A DNA stretch of 64,000 bases from Octopus vulgaris (GCA_951406725.2 OX597819.1:76818001-76882000); one strand, 5' to 3'; shown: positions 28,166-39,690, numbered from the stretch's first letter. Numbers and translations: made by a program. Notes: a model not told the origin generated them from the letters alone.

Positions 28166-28650
28166 CATGCAGCGGCACAAGCAGTCAGCGCCATATTGGA
28201 TGAGATCTCGCGGCAGCCATTGTCATCTCCGAGACTGGAGTGAGACCTCACCTGCATCCATTTGCCATGCGCGAGATCACAAAGACGCTCGCGATGGCAA
28301 ACTGTATATAAGGGCAAAACAGAAACAGATTCAACCTTTTTCTTTCCGCCTCTTAGCAGCAGCGCTGGCTAAGCGCACTCCTTTGGCTGGGCCTGTCTGC
28401 ATATTGTACCTCTGGAGGCAATATGCCCTCGCTGACGGAGCTACTACACAACGCACACAGCTAAAGACGGTTGCTGAGAGCAGCACACTTCACCTATCCT
28501 GTGAAACTTGCAAATAAACCAGTTGCAAATTGCGTTTGTACTTGACGTCTTCTCTCTTCGCCTGCCGGAAGCCTGAACTGCGCGAAGAACGAAAAGAGAT
28601 AATGGAGGAAGGCGATATTCTCCCGATATCGTAAACCCTGCCATCTATTA
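28166..28650 (+). mobile_element. GC/CpG-rich solo-LTR-like insert
   Basis: Sharp GC/CpG rise; TATATAA ~28304 and AATAAA ~28513 in LTR order; possible 5-bp flanking duplication atacg; no clean TG...CA ends. Confidence 0.4.
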
Positions 28651-28786
28651 TACGTATGTTACCTACTTCGACAGTATTTGAGCTCACCCAGAATTAATGT
28701 GTGCTCACTTATCTATGTGGACGTTTGGGTGCTAGCATGTTGTACGCTGAAAGTCATGCACAAATACAATACATAATTTACATGAC

Positions 28787-28832
<46 letters not shown>

Positions 28833-29023
28833 TGAGAAAGTTGGTGTGTGAAAGCACGTGGTTGAATATATAGAAAATAGTAAAAAGTGAAAAAACTACA
28901 GAAGGCTTGTTTTAAAAGGTTAAAAAATATATATTAGAGTCATTATGGTTGAAGAATGTTATAAATTTTTTTCATACATATATATATATATACTTTATTT
29001 AAAAGCAGCAGGAATTCAACAAA

Positions 29024-29065
29024 ACCTGTCCGACGAACGGGAACGTGAAACTCAGAGTAACAGGT
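29024..29065 (+). ncRNA. Type I hammerhead ribozyme motif (U4C variant) capping a 37-bp hairpin
   Basis: acctgt-CCGACGA-acg-ggaa-cgt-GAA-ACT-cag-AGT-A-acaggt; GNRA-capped stem II, GUA triplet. Confidence 0.75.
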
Positions 29066-29165
29066 TTTGTTGAATTTCTGCTGCTTTTAAATAAAGCATA
29101 TTACTCTACCCCTGGTATTTGAGTACTCTTTTTTCCACCTTGTTTCACATTTATGTGTTTACTCC

Positions 29166-29227
<62 letters not shown>

Positions 29228-29703
29228 ATAAGATTAGCTCGTATACGAGTGGGTATATATTTGTAAAAAATGAAGTTCGAAAATGCTGCTATATTAGACA
29301 AATTTTTAATTTTTATATATACATTATAACATGTTTCGGTTCTTGAAATGATGAACTTTATCAAAAAAAGTTTCATATAAAAAAAGATAGTTCATGCTAT
29401 CAAATATAAAAAATTCATTTATAATATACAATAGAGTCAGACATCAAAAGTTCATATATAGTGAAGTGAGTTCGTTCATGCTATATGTTTAGAGAGTATG
29501 ATGCAGTGGTTCATAGTGGTGATATGCATTCAATATAAAAAATAGATCAAAGTGGTGATATGCAGTCAATATAAAAAATTGATGTTCCTGAAAGAGCGAG
29601 GAATTCATTTTAGATTTTACCTTGTGTAACTGTGATGACTTTTGGTCGGTGTTCGCTGGATAGTTCTGGCGAACCTTGTGAATTGTTTGGGTTTTATATC
29701 ACC

Positions 29704-30110
29704 TGTTAGGTGGCCAGTCCAGCGTAAAGTGACGTCATCAACGTTTTGACCAATCGTTTCGTTAGATGGCTTAGTCAAGCAGAACGGGACGTCATCAATA
29801 TTCTGACCAATCCCGACCTATAGCTGTATTAGATCTGCCCCTTGTCTGTATCCTGTTTTGACCAATTGTTTCGTTAGGTGGCTTAGTCAAGCAGAACGGG
29901 ACGTCATCAATATTCTGACCAATCCCGACCTATAGCTGTATTAGATCTGCCCCTTGTCTGTATCCTGTTAGGTGACCAGTCAAGCAGAACGGGACGTCAT
30001 CAATATTCTGACCAATCCCGGCCTATAGCTGTATTAGATCTGCCCCTTGTCTGTATCCTGTTAGGTGGCCAGTCTAGCAGAACGAGACGTCATCAACGTG
30101 TTGACCAATC
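29704..30110. repeat. ~93-bp tandem repeat with GACGTCA and CCAAT motifs
   Basis: gacgtcatcaa...tgaccaatc at 29731, 29788, 29900, 29993, 30086. Confidence 0.9.
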
Positions 30111-30300
30111 AGAATCGGGTCTGACCCTTAGCTGTGTCGTATATGGCCAGTCCATCAGGGTTAGATCTGTTCGAAGAGATCTTTTTATAAATTTTTTTCC
30201 TTTTTTCCCTAAGGCATATTTCCGTCAGTGTGAGTGACTGTTTAAGGTAGCGGCCGTGGTGGAATTTTGCTTCTCCTTTTCGGAGGACCAATCTTTTGTT

Positions 30301-30747
30301 TTAATATTCCTGGCCCAGGGTGTTTAAACTTGGTCTAAATTTTTTGATGAAATACAGTTCTTTATTTTGGCGTTGCGTGAAGGTTGCGTTGTCACTGAAT
30401 TTATAAAGCGGGTAAGCACATCTATCTATGTGTCCGCTGACCGGTATTTTCCGGTATTCAGGGTTTCTAATTTGTGATTTATGCACCGCCATCCTGTTAC
30501 GTAAGCTATTTTTTGTATGGCCAATATACTGCCTATTGCAGCCTGCGCATGTTATGACGTAAATTAAGTTTTCTGATGCGCAGGTGAAGTTTGCTCTAAT
30601 GGTGAACTGGTGGCCTTGTTCTAGTATAAATTCTGAACCTTCTATCAAGATGACACAGATTCCGCAGTTGGGCCTTCCACATTTTCTAACTGCTGGTTTT
30701 GTGGTTGATGTTGAATGCAGTTTAGCTTGGGTTAAAATCCTTTTCAA
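30301..30747 (-). CDS. Penelope GIY-YIG endonuclease domain (truncated ORF)
   Basis: CGRPNCGIC...FTCASENLIYVITCAGCNRQYIGHTKNSLRNRMAVH...KELYFIKKFRPSLN. Confidence 0.9.
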   Translation of the reverse strand: MKRILTQAKLHSTSTTKPAVRKCGRPNCGICVILIEGSEFILEQGHQFTIRANFTCASENLIYVITCAGCNRQYIGHTKNSLRNRMAVHKSQIRNPEYRKIPVSGHIDRCAYPLYKFSDNATFTQRQNKELYFIKKFRPSLNTLGQEY

Positions 30748-30749
30748 GG

Positions 30750-30792
<43 letters not shown>

Positions 30793-31456
30793 GAGTTAGA
30801 ATTCATTTAAACTTTGTGATAGGGGAAAATGAATAAAAATAGACATGCTACTCAACTTGAAAACCTGCGTAACACGAAAGTTCATGTAAAAATGTATTAG
30901 CTTATACCTGTTTTAATAAATGGTTTGTACATATTTTCACGTGTATTTAATTTGATTTTTCCACTTCAATATAGGGTTTTAGATACATTTTTAAAATTTT
31001 TTCTGCATTTAAGTATCTTCGCTGAGACGGACGTAAAAGTACCACTACTTCGTTAAAATTTTCAGTCTCTACTCTCTCTCTCTCACTCTGTCTCTCTCTC
31101 ACCCTCTCTTTCTCTCTCTCTCTCTCTTTCTCTCAGTGTTCCGCATACACAAACATACAAACCCCCCCCACACACACACACACACACACTAATTAATTAA
31201 AGTTCTAAACCATTGCGTTTGTGGATAAGGTGTGAACCCTGTAGTTGAATCACCGACTCTCTCTCTGGCCTATTTATACACCAATCCTAAGTGCATAAAT
31301 GCATGTAAATTTATTTACATTTCATTCATGAACACGTTGTCTCAGTACTTTCGTTAATTCATACGTGTCGTCAACAGATGGACGCAGTTCGGAATAGTTA
31401 TCAGTAACTAAAAAAAGCAAGAAATTTATTTGTGTAACTATTTATCATTATTATTA

Positions 31457-31515
<59 letters not shown>

Positions 31516-31584
31516 GTCATCATCATCATCATCATCATCATCATTATTGTTCATTCGATAACAGTTGCACTCTTGTTATTGATT

Positions 31585-31618
<34 letters not shown>

Positions 31619-32035
31619 AGGCGGCGAGCTGGCAGAAACGTTAGCACCCCGGGCGAAATGCTTAGCAGTATTTTGTCTGCGGCTACGTTCTGAGTTCAAA
31701 TTCCGCCGAGGTCGACTTTGCCTTTCATCCTTTCGGGGTCAATTAAATAAGTACCAGTTACGCACTGGGGTCGATATAATCGACTTAATCCGTTTGTCTG
31801 TCCTTGTTTGTCCTCCCTGTGTTTAGACCCTCGTGGGTGGTAAAGAAATAGGTATTTCGTCTGCTGCTACGTTCTGAGTTCAAATTCCACCAGGGTCGAC
31901 TTTGCCTTTCATCTTTTCGGGGTCGCTAAATTAATTACCAGTTACGCACTGGGGTTCGATGTAATTAACTTAATCCCTTTCCCCAAATTTGACGCCTTGT
32001 CCTTCCAGTAGAAAGAATTATTATTATTATTATTA

Positions 32036-32087
<52 letters not shown>

Positions 32088-32305
32088 CATTATTATCATT
32101 ATTATCATTATTATTATTATTGTTGTTGTTGTTGTTGTTATTAAGGCTGCGACCTGGCAGAATCGTTAGCACGCCGCGCGAAATACTTAGCGGTAATTCG
32201 CCCGTCGCTGCCTTTCATCCTGTCGGGATCGATAAATTAAGTACCAGTCGAGCACTGGGTCGATGTAAATGATTAGACCCCTTCCCAAAATGTTCAGACC
32301 TTGTT
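31619..32305 (+). mobile_element. Tandem Nin-core SINEs separated by (ATT)n
   Basis: Full copy 31619-31850, headless unit 31851-32015, further copy 32145-32305. Confidence 0.9.
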
Positions 32306-32326
32306 GTTATTATCATTATTATTATT

Positions 32327-32739
32327 GGATCTTTTCGGTTTGAATGGCAGTTTTTAACATAATTTCTAGGTAACTAAAAAATTTCAAGCTTCGTATAACT
32401 GGTAGAATGTGTTTATAAAACATCCTTTTCTCTTGGCTTTATTGAAAAAATTCTATAGTTTGTAAGATATTTGTTGTTTTTTTTTCTTCAGTTTCTGCAA
32501 TTTCAACCAATCAATCACGTCCATTGAGGTAAAAAAAACATCCTGTGCCGTATGAATATGTCCCTCGTTTAAGAAACAGATTGGGTTTATTTACATTTGT
32601 GAAGAAAAAAGATACCCTTCCCCCACCCCTAACCCTAAAACAGATTGAAATGCAATAGATCGATACTAGGGTCATAATTATGGGCGACAATTTCATATGA
32701 CACAGCTAGAAAAAACTGCCGTTCAAACCGAAAAGATCC
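32327..32739. mobile_element. MITE with ~29-bp TIRs and internal CCCTAA repeats, copy 1
   Basis: ggatcttttcggtttgaatggcagttttt / aaaaactgccgttcaaaccgaaaagatcc. Confidence 0.9.
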
Positions 32740-32749
32740 TTATAGTCAT

Positions 32750-32803
<54 letters not shown>

Positions 32804-33194
32804 AAGTAGTACTGGTGGTGGTTATGGTAGTAAAATTCCACTGAAGTCAACTTTACCTTTCACCCTTTCAGGGTCGATAAAATAAGTACCAGATAAGCAC
32901 TAAGATCGATGTAATCGACAGGCCACCATCCACCAAAATTTTGGGCTTTGTGCCTATAGTAGAAATGATTATTATTACAGTACTCCTGTTTTTCATTCTA
33001 TTCTGAAGGATTTTTATTTTTTTATTTTGCGAAAAATTCCCATTTCTTTTCACATTGTTGTTCCCTAATTCCGAAATTCCGCCCAAAATGTATTGATATG
33101 CAAATGAAAAAGCGTAATACCTTTTTGTTAATCACGTATTACAGAAGTGGTTGGTTTAGCTACTGTCTCGTTTTCTCTCCCATTCCCTCCCTGT

Positions 33195-33260
<66 letters not shown>

Positions 33261-33280
33261 ATAGAACGGATTAGTTAAAC

Positions 33281-33322
33281 ACTCCTGATGAACCGGTAAT
33301 GACCAGATGAAACTAGTTGAGT
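33281..33322 (+). ncRNA. Minimal type I hammerhead ribozyme motif
   Basis: actc-CTGATGA-acc-ggt-aatg-acc-agat-GAAA-ctagtt-gagt; stem I ACTC/GAGT, palindromic AACTAGTT stem III, imperfect stem II. Confidence 0.65.
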
Positions 33323-33394
33323 CGTTATTCAGTTTTTATCTCTGTGGTTTTCCATGAGGTCTATTTGCACATAGTCGTGACTGGAACACGTGAA

Positions 33395-33665
33395 GGTGCG
33401 TGACGTAGTGGTTCGACTAACAGGTTTACGATCTTTAGATAGTGGGTTCGATTTTAGGACGTGTTGTAACCTTGGCCAAAACACTTTATTTCATATTGCT
33501 TCAGTCCACACTCGGTTGAAAATAATTCACATCAGCAGCTAGGAAACAAACAATACAACTGGCATCCCATTCCGTACCGGAAACGGTAGGAGGAGATTTA
33601 TACTTTCAGTTATTTCAACGCCATGGAATCAGGAATAAGTTTCGGTGTAATGGGCCTGTCGACTC
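33395..33665 (+). mobile_element. Degenerate third-family SINE
   Basis: gtgggttcgatttt...ccttggccaaaacactttatttcatattgcttcagtccac. Confidence 0.6.
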
Positions 33666-33735
33666 GAAAAAAGTAGGAAGAAATAATTTGATCTCGCGTT
33701 TACTCGACCAAAGCTTACCTCAACAAAATAAAATG

Positions 33736-34171
33736 GGATCTTTTCGGTTTGAACGGCAGTTTCTAAAATAATTTCCGCGTAACTAAACACTTTTAAACTT
33801 CGTATACTGGTAGAATGTGTTTATAAAACATATTTTTCTCTTGGCTTTATTGAGAAAATTCTATAGTTTGTAAGATATTTGTTGTTTTTTTCTTCAATTT
33901 CTGCAATTTCAACCAATCGGTGACGTCTATTGAGGTGAAAACATTCTGTGCCGTATGAAAATGTCCCTCGTTTAAGAAACAGATTGGGTTTATTTACATT
34001 TCTAAAGAAAAAAAGATACCCTTCCCCCACCCCTAACCCTAACCCTAACTAACCCTAACTCTAACCCTAAAATAGATTGAAATGCAATAGATCGATACTA
34101 GGGTCATAATTACGGGTGGCAATTTCACATGTCACCGCTAGAAAAAACTGCCGTTCAAACCGAATAGATCC
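33736..34171. mobile_element. MITE copy 2 with ~6 telomere-like CCCTAA units
   Basis: Same TIRs and body as 32327-32739; flanks ataaaatg / gtaaaatg suggest an 8-bp TSD. Confidence 0.9.
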
Positions 34172-35101
34172 GTAAAATGTTCTCTTTAAATTTAAATTCC
34201 AGTTGTTTCTTTTTTTTCTTTTTTGTTGTATATTTTTCGTTTTTGTCTCTCTCTTCTCTCTCGCCTTCCCTCACTCCTCCTCTCTCTCTCCTTCCCTCAC
34301 TCCTCCTCCCCTCTCCCCCTTCTCTTTCTCCTTCCCTCGCTCCTCCTCCTCCTCTCTCTATTTGCGTTTTCTTTTTCTTATCTCTTAATCAATGCAGAAA
34401 TACCACCGTGTACTTATCTAAATAACCTTACCCTACACCATTGCTTATTCTCCATATATTATAAAAAGGTTACATGTCTATCTTTAGAGATAACATAAGA
34501 ATACATTATTACCCAAAGTTGAATCCAGAAAGCAAGCCTTCTAGCTTATCTCCTCTTATCCTCTCACTACTAACAACAGCCAAATGACGAAAGCATTAAA
34601 TCCAAGATGCGCTGAGACCAGCAGTTTCAACGTAATAGAGAAAAGAATAGAACAAGTAAATAAACGTATACATTAATTAATTAATTAATTAATTAATTAC
34701 TATTATCTCTTATCAACGTTTTATCTTTATTTTTGGCAAAATAATTAGTAGACATCAAGATGTCTTCTCCAAATACCTTGGTGAAATTTTAAATATTTGC
34801 ATCACTTTTTCTTTTCATTTTTCTTTTTTTTTTTGTTGTTGTTTCTCAAAAGAAATACAGACCAAGAAGCTGATGATGGCCTATGTTGCCAAAAGAGGAA
34901 TTTAGCCATTCCAGGATTGTCTCTTCGTCTGCTTAATTAAAAGATGGAGTTGATCCCTTGACCTCCACACTCCTCGTCCTGAGATTTATGTTTGATGTGA
35001 TTTATATTCACCTCCAGAATCTGTCATCTGTAAAGCATTGCTGCCGGATAGACCAGATGTGTGACGCCCTGGTAAGAAAGGATTGGCTATAATGATTAGT
35101 A

Positions 35102-35331
35102 CGGTGAGCTGGCAGAAACGTTAGCACGCCGGGCGAAATGCGTAGCCGTATTTCGTCTGCCGCTACGTTCTGAGTTCAAAATTCCGCCGAGGTCGACTTT
35201 GCCTTTCATCCTTTCGGGGTCAATAAATACAGTATCAGTTACGCACTGGGGTCGATGTAATCGACTTAATCCCCTTGTCTGTCCTTGTTTGTCCTCTCTG
35301 TGTTTAGCCCCTTGTGGGCAGTAAAGAAATA
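35102..35331 (+). mobile_element. Full-length Nin-core SINE with TSD
   Basis: Complete head, core and tail; flanking direct repeat tataatgattagta. Confidence 0.9.
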
Positions 35332-35719
35332 TATAATGATTAGTAAGGGATCTGAGCAGTGAATATATTATGGTGTGTGATAATGAGAGGTGAATGTGTC
35401 GAATGATGTATGTAATTAGCTGTTTCGGAGAAGCAGGGCAGTTGTAGGAATAGACGATGGAAAAAGAAGAGATAGTACGTCTGTGCACTAGTAGATATTG
35501 TTTGTTTACGTGTGACTCAGTCGGATGGTCTTCGTCGGATATAGTCTCCGAATCCTGTGTTGCATTGCAGTAACACTGCTAGATATAGGATCAGTATTAT
35601 ATTGAGAATTTTAAAATTTAAAGAGGGTCAGTAACTGAATAGGGTTGAAGTATTTTCTGGCTCTCTAGAGAAAGGTTAGTCCTTAGGAAGCAGTTTTAAG
35701 TTATGCTATACATGTGTGA

Positions 35720-36045
35720 GCCCCTTCGGTCATGAATGACCATGAGATTGCACCTAGAAAGTTCCCCTCCTAGGCACAAGTCCGGAAAAGGTTGTTTATG
35801 GAAGATCAGCAGTCGCCCATGGACACCCGCATCCCCTCTCCACGCCACCGATGTTATCCAACGGAAAAACAAAGGCCGGTACAGCTTGGCACCAGTGACA
35901 TCGCAACTCAGTCCTACAGCTAAGTGAACTGCACAATGTGAAATAAAGTGTCTTGCTCAAGAACACGACACACAGCTCGGTCCCGGAATCGAACTCACAA
36001 CCTCATGATTGTGAGCCCAATGCTCTAACCACTGAGCCATGCACT
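35720..36045 (-). mobile_element. Third-family SINE with RTE-like tail
   Basis: aaagtgtcttgctcaagaacac...ggaatcgaactcac...ctctaaccactgagccatgc. Confidence 0.75.
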
Positions 36046-36223
36046 TTCTTTACCCTTTACCCTTCTGTGCGTGTATGAGCCAACAGGCACGATCATCATT
36101 GTAGATGTGGCATTTGTGCCAATTTCCACTTGATTGTTATACTCGTTTGAACTAACAAGTGAAATTATTGTCTTTGAAAGAAACCCTATGCATGTCTACG
36201 TATACTCTAAGTGATGTAGAAAT

Positions 36224-38466
36224 CAGGGTGACCGATTTAGCTTATTTTATGTTAGATCAAGCATTTTTATCTTTTTCGTCATTTAGCAGAAAATTTTTGA
36301 ATTTAGCATTTAGCAGGGAAATAGCAGGTTTAAAATTTTATTTAGAATTTTTTTTTTTAGCATTTTTCTTTGATCATGACATTTCCACAATAGTTACCCT
36401 TTTTTCTTCCTTTTCCTCCTTTTCTACTTTCGTTGATGTATCTTATAGCCAAATTTCAGTACTATCGGCTATTGTTGAAATTTTCTTTCACTTTCTTGAA
36501 ACTTCAAATGAAAGTTTATCAAAATTCCAGCCCTCCACCCACCCGCACCGGCTTAGATACAGAGTGGTGCTAGTGGGAGGAAGGGGAGAAGATAACTTAT
36601 GTCAGCACCTGAACTCGCTACACCATATGTAAATATGTTGCAAAGAGTGAAAGCATGGAAATTCGTTCTAACAATGTTTTATTCTGTAGTGATGAATTTT
36701 TATCATGACAAGTTGACTGCTTTACATTCAGTTTGACTGTTTTAAAATAGGCCTGTGTTTTTCCATGCTTGTTTTGGGTTATATATCTTGTATAGAAGTA
36801 CGGGGATGGCGGGTTCTCCCCTTTATATTTCTACTTACTTTTCTTTTTCAAGTATTGTAGATATATTTGTGGGTTTACCAATACATATTAAATGTAAGAT
36901 TGGAAGCGAAATATGATGCTCTCAGGTTTATATCATAACACAGATTTAGGATTTCTGCAGATTTTACTTTTCCATTTATAAGTTGGCCACCCTGCATTCT
37001 GAATCAGTATTCTTCACCTCAAGAATTTGTAAGCAGCAAACTTGAGAATTGTTAATGACGAATGAAAGAATTATTAGCGGCAAATTGATAAGTTGTGTTT
37101 TCAATTTTTTTTCTTGCTTCCCTCTACATTATGAGTAAAGAAAAAACAAAGTTTTACCAGCAAAAATTCCGAAAGGAATGGTTTAAGATGCCAACATTTA
37201 CTAAGTGGTTGTGTAAAGTACCTAGTGACCATTCTAAAGCACATTGCAGATATTGTAGATGTAATATGTTGGCAAAATATTCTCTTTTAGTAAGCCACTG
37301 TGAAGCAAAGAAACATAAGGCATCAACTCCACAGTAAATGATTCCTGTTACCAAATTTGATCAAATCTGTTGCTAATATAATAGTGTTGCCAACATGTAG
37401 AATTGATCCTTTTGATCTGGATGCTTCTACTGAAAATTTTCTGGATCCTAAACCAAATTTAGCCTACAGGTTCGAGAGAAAGATAGGAGAAATTATTATC
37501 AAGAAGAATGTAACAACCACCGAAGAAAATAATATTCGCAAAATAGCACAATTTTTACTCACTGAAAAATATCAAATGTTTTTAGTAGAGAATATTTTGC
37601 AGCATTTCAAAGAGCCAATTTACCTGTCTTAGAAGCAATGCATTTAAATTAAGAAAAAAATTGCTTCAATTGAAATTCAGTTTAATAGCATTCATTTGGT
37701 TAAATGGACAAATACGTCTAATACTGAGGCATTCTGACCGGAAGTCTTGAAATATAAAGATGCTACTCTTTTTTTTTTAAAAAAAAAAAAAAAAAAGAGT
37801 AGCATCTTTATATTTCAAGACTTCCGGTCAGAATGCCTCAGTATTAGACGTATTTGTCCATTTAACCAAATGAATGCTATTAAACTGAATTTCAATTGAA
37901 GCAATTTTTTTCTTAATTTAAATGCATTGCTTCTAAGACAGGTGAAATTGGCTCTTTGAAATGCTGCAAAATATTCTCTACTAAAAATCACTGCTACTGG
38001 AGGAAATCATTTTAGAAGTGTTGCAAATTTTGCCATTAATCTATTGACATTGCCAAACGCAAATGCAGAAGTTGCACGGCTGCTCAGTAGTATGGGTGTA
38101 ATCAAATCAAAATTGAAAAACAAAATGCATCTTCTTATGCTTAGATCAATACTATAAAATATGGCCTGAAAAGATATGGCAAATGTTGCAAAAACTTCGT
38201 TATTTCAAAACACATAATTAACAAGATAGGGACCATGAATAAATACAGAGGTCAAGACCTAGGCACTGCAGCTGAAATCAGTGAAATTCAAGAAATTATT
38301 TCTCAATGATGAATATAATTAAAGAAAGTAAATAAAAATGTAAATAAAAATGTAAATAAAAATGAAGCTTTTTTGATATAACAAGTCCTTAGCATTTTTT
38401 TTTATTTTTTTGTATTTCTTCTACTGAAATTTAGCATAAAATTTTGATTTTAAGTTGGCAACACTG
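36224..38466 (+). mobile_element. hAT (Tip100-like) transposon, decayed
   Basis: Termini cagggtgacc / gttggcaacactg; near-identical flanks tgtagaaat / tgtagaat; zinc finger QKFRKEW..WL..AHCRYC..H...KKH (37131-37337); dimerisation-like LLTLPNANAEVARLLSSMGVIKSKLKNKM (~38040-38130). Confidence 0.85.
37579..37987. repeat. Near-perfect ~400-bp palindrome inside the hAT remnant
   Basis: ~190-bp arms are reverse complements, centred on a T-run/A-run at ~37769-37796. Confidence 0.95.
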
Positions 38467-38803
38467 TGTAGAATACATCTTTACTAAATGGGTAAAATAG
38501 CTTAACTGCTAAAACGGCCGTTGTTCAGCTCCAGTACTTACTTCACTGAATTGAAAGTATTTTGATACGAAGCGTAGACTTTATTTGCAAAATCAGAATA
38601 AAGATGGTAAAATATTGCAAAGACAGCGTACCCTTGTTAAATCGAATTTATTTCGGTGAAATATACATCAAAGCAAAAAAAAAAGAGCATGCATTTTAGC
38701 AGTCAAGCTTTTTTCCCCAAGAAGGCAGTTTAGCTAAATGCTACCAATTTTGATTCATAAAAACACTCAACACTCGCATGTATGTATATATATGTATGTT
38801 TTC

Positions 38804-38834
<31 letters not shown>

Positions 38835-38857
38835 CATACATACATACATACATACAT

Positions 38858-39059
38858 ACGACCACGTGAGTACCGTTGGCGATTTTTTTCCTCCGTCTTC
38901 CCTTCTCTGGATCTTGCCTTTTCCTATGTTTCTGGCGAAGAGCTCCGCTCGAAACGTTGAACCCTCCTTCTTCCCTTTCTTCCTGAGCGTCCAATAATAC
39001 TATATTTGTTCCACGTCCTCGCATTGTTGTGTTTTCTCTTTGTGTTTTCATGTTTGGAT

Positions 39060-39121
<62 letters not shown>

Positions 39122-39621
39122 TATATGTATATATGTATGTATGTATGTATGTTTCTCTATCTATATATGCATACACATACACATACACATACGTATATGT
39201 ATGCGTGCGCGCATGTATGTGTGAGTATATGTGTATCACGTGCTTTTTTTTTCAGACTATTTTTTCCCTTCTCTCCAGACCTTTCTTCTTTCCTCTTTCT
39301 GACGAAGAAACATGCTCGAAAGTTCACACCCACTCATTTTTCCACACTAAACCTAGTGTCAACATAAAGCATTCACAGTGTACATTCTTTTGACTTATAT
39401 TGCTTTTGTTTTCAGTTTGTGACCGTGTGTGCATCGCTGGCGATTTTTTTCCTCCGTCTTCCCTTCCTTGGACCTTTCTTTTTTCTATGTTTCTGACGAA
39501 GAGCTCCGCTCGAAACGTTAAATCTTCCTTCTTTCTTTCCTTTCCTGAGCGTCCAATAACACTATATTTGTTCCACGTCCTCGCGTTGTTGTGTTTTCTC
39601 TTTGTGTTTTCATGTTTGGAT

Positions 39622-39627
<6 letters not shown>
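38858..39627 (+). mobile_element. Two family-A hammerhead units (38858-39064, 39418-39627) plus a related degenerate unit (~39240-39400)
   Basis: Shared body tggcgatttttttcctccgtcttccctt...gaagagctccgctcgaaacgtt...tgtttggattaac(TA)n. Confidence 0.8.
39489..39523 (+). ncRNA. Minimal type I hammerhead ribozyme motif, canonical core
   Basis: gttt-CTGACGA-a-gagc-tcc-gctc-GAAA-cgtt-aaat. Confidence 0.75.

Positions 39628-39690
<63 letters not shown>

Larger units (their letters stand above)
29222..30752 (-). mobile_element. 5'-truncated Penelope-like retroelement in (TA)n
   Basis: GIY-YIG ORF followed by long non-coding 3' region with tandem repeats; (TA)n on both sides. Confidence 0.85.

Noticed and set aside
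29704-30110. CRISPR-like regular repeats
   Set aside because: The intervening sequences are themselves repeated, there are no cas genes, and the context is a eukaryotic Penelope element.
34028-34070. True telomere or chromosome-fusion relic
   Set aside because: Only ~6 imperfect units, internal to a TIR element present twice.
35018-35071. Plus-strand 54-nt candidate exon NLSSVKHCCRIDQMCDAL ending at gtaaga
   Set aside because: Isolated, lies in repeat-like sequence beside a SINE, no supporting neighbouring exons.
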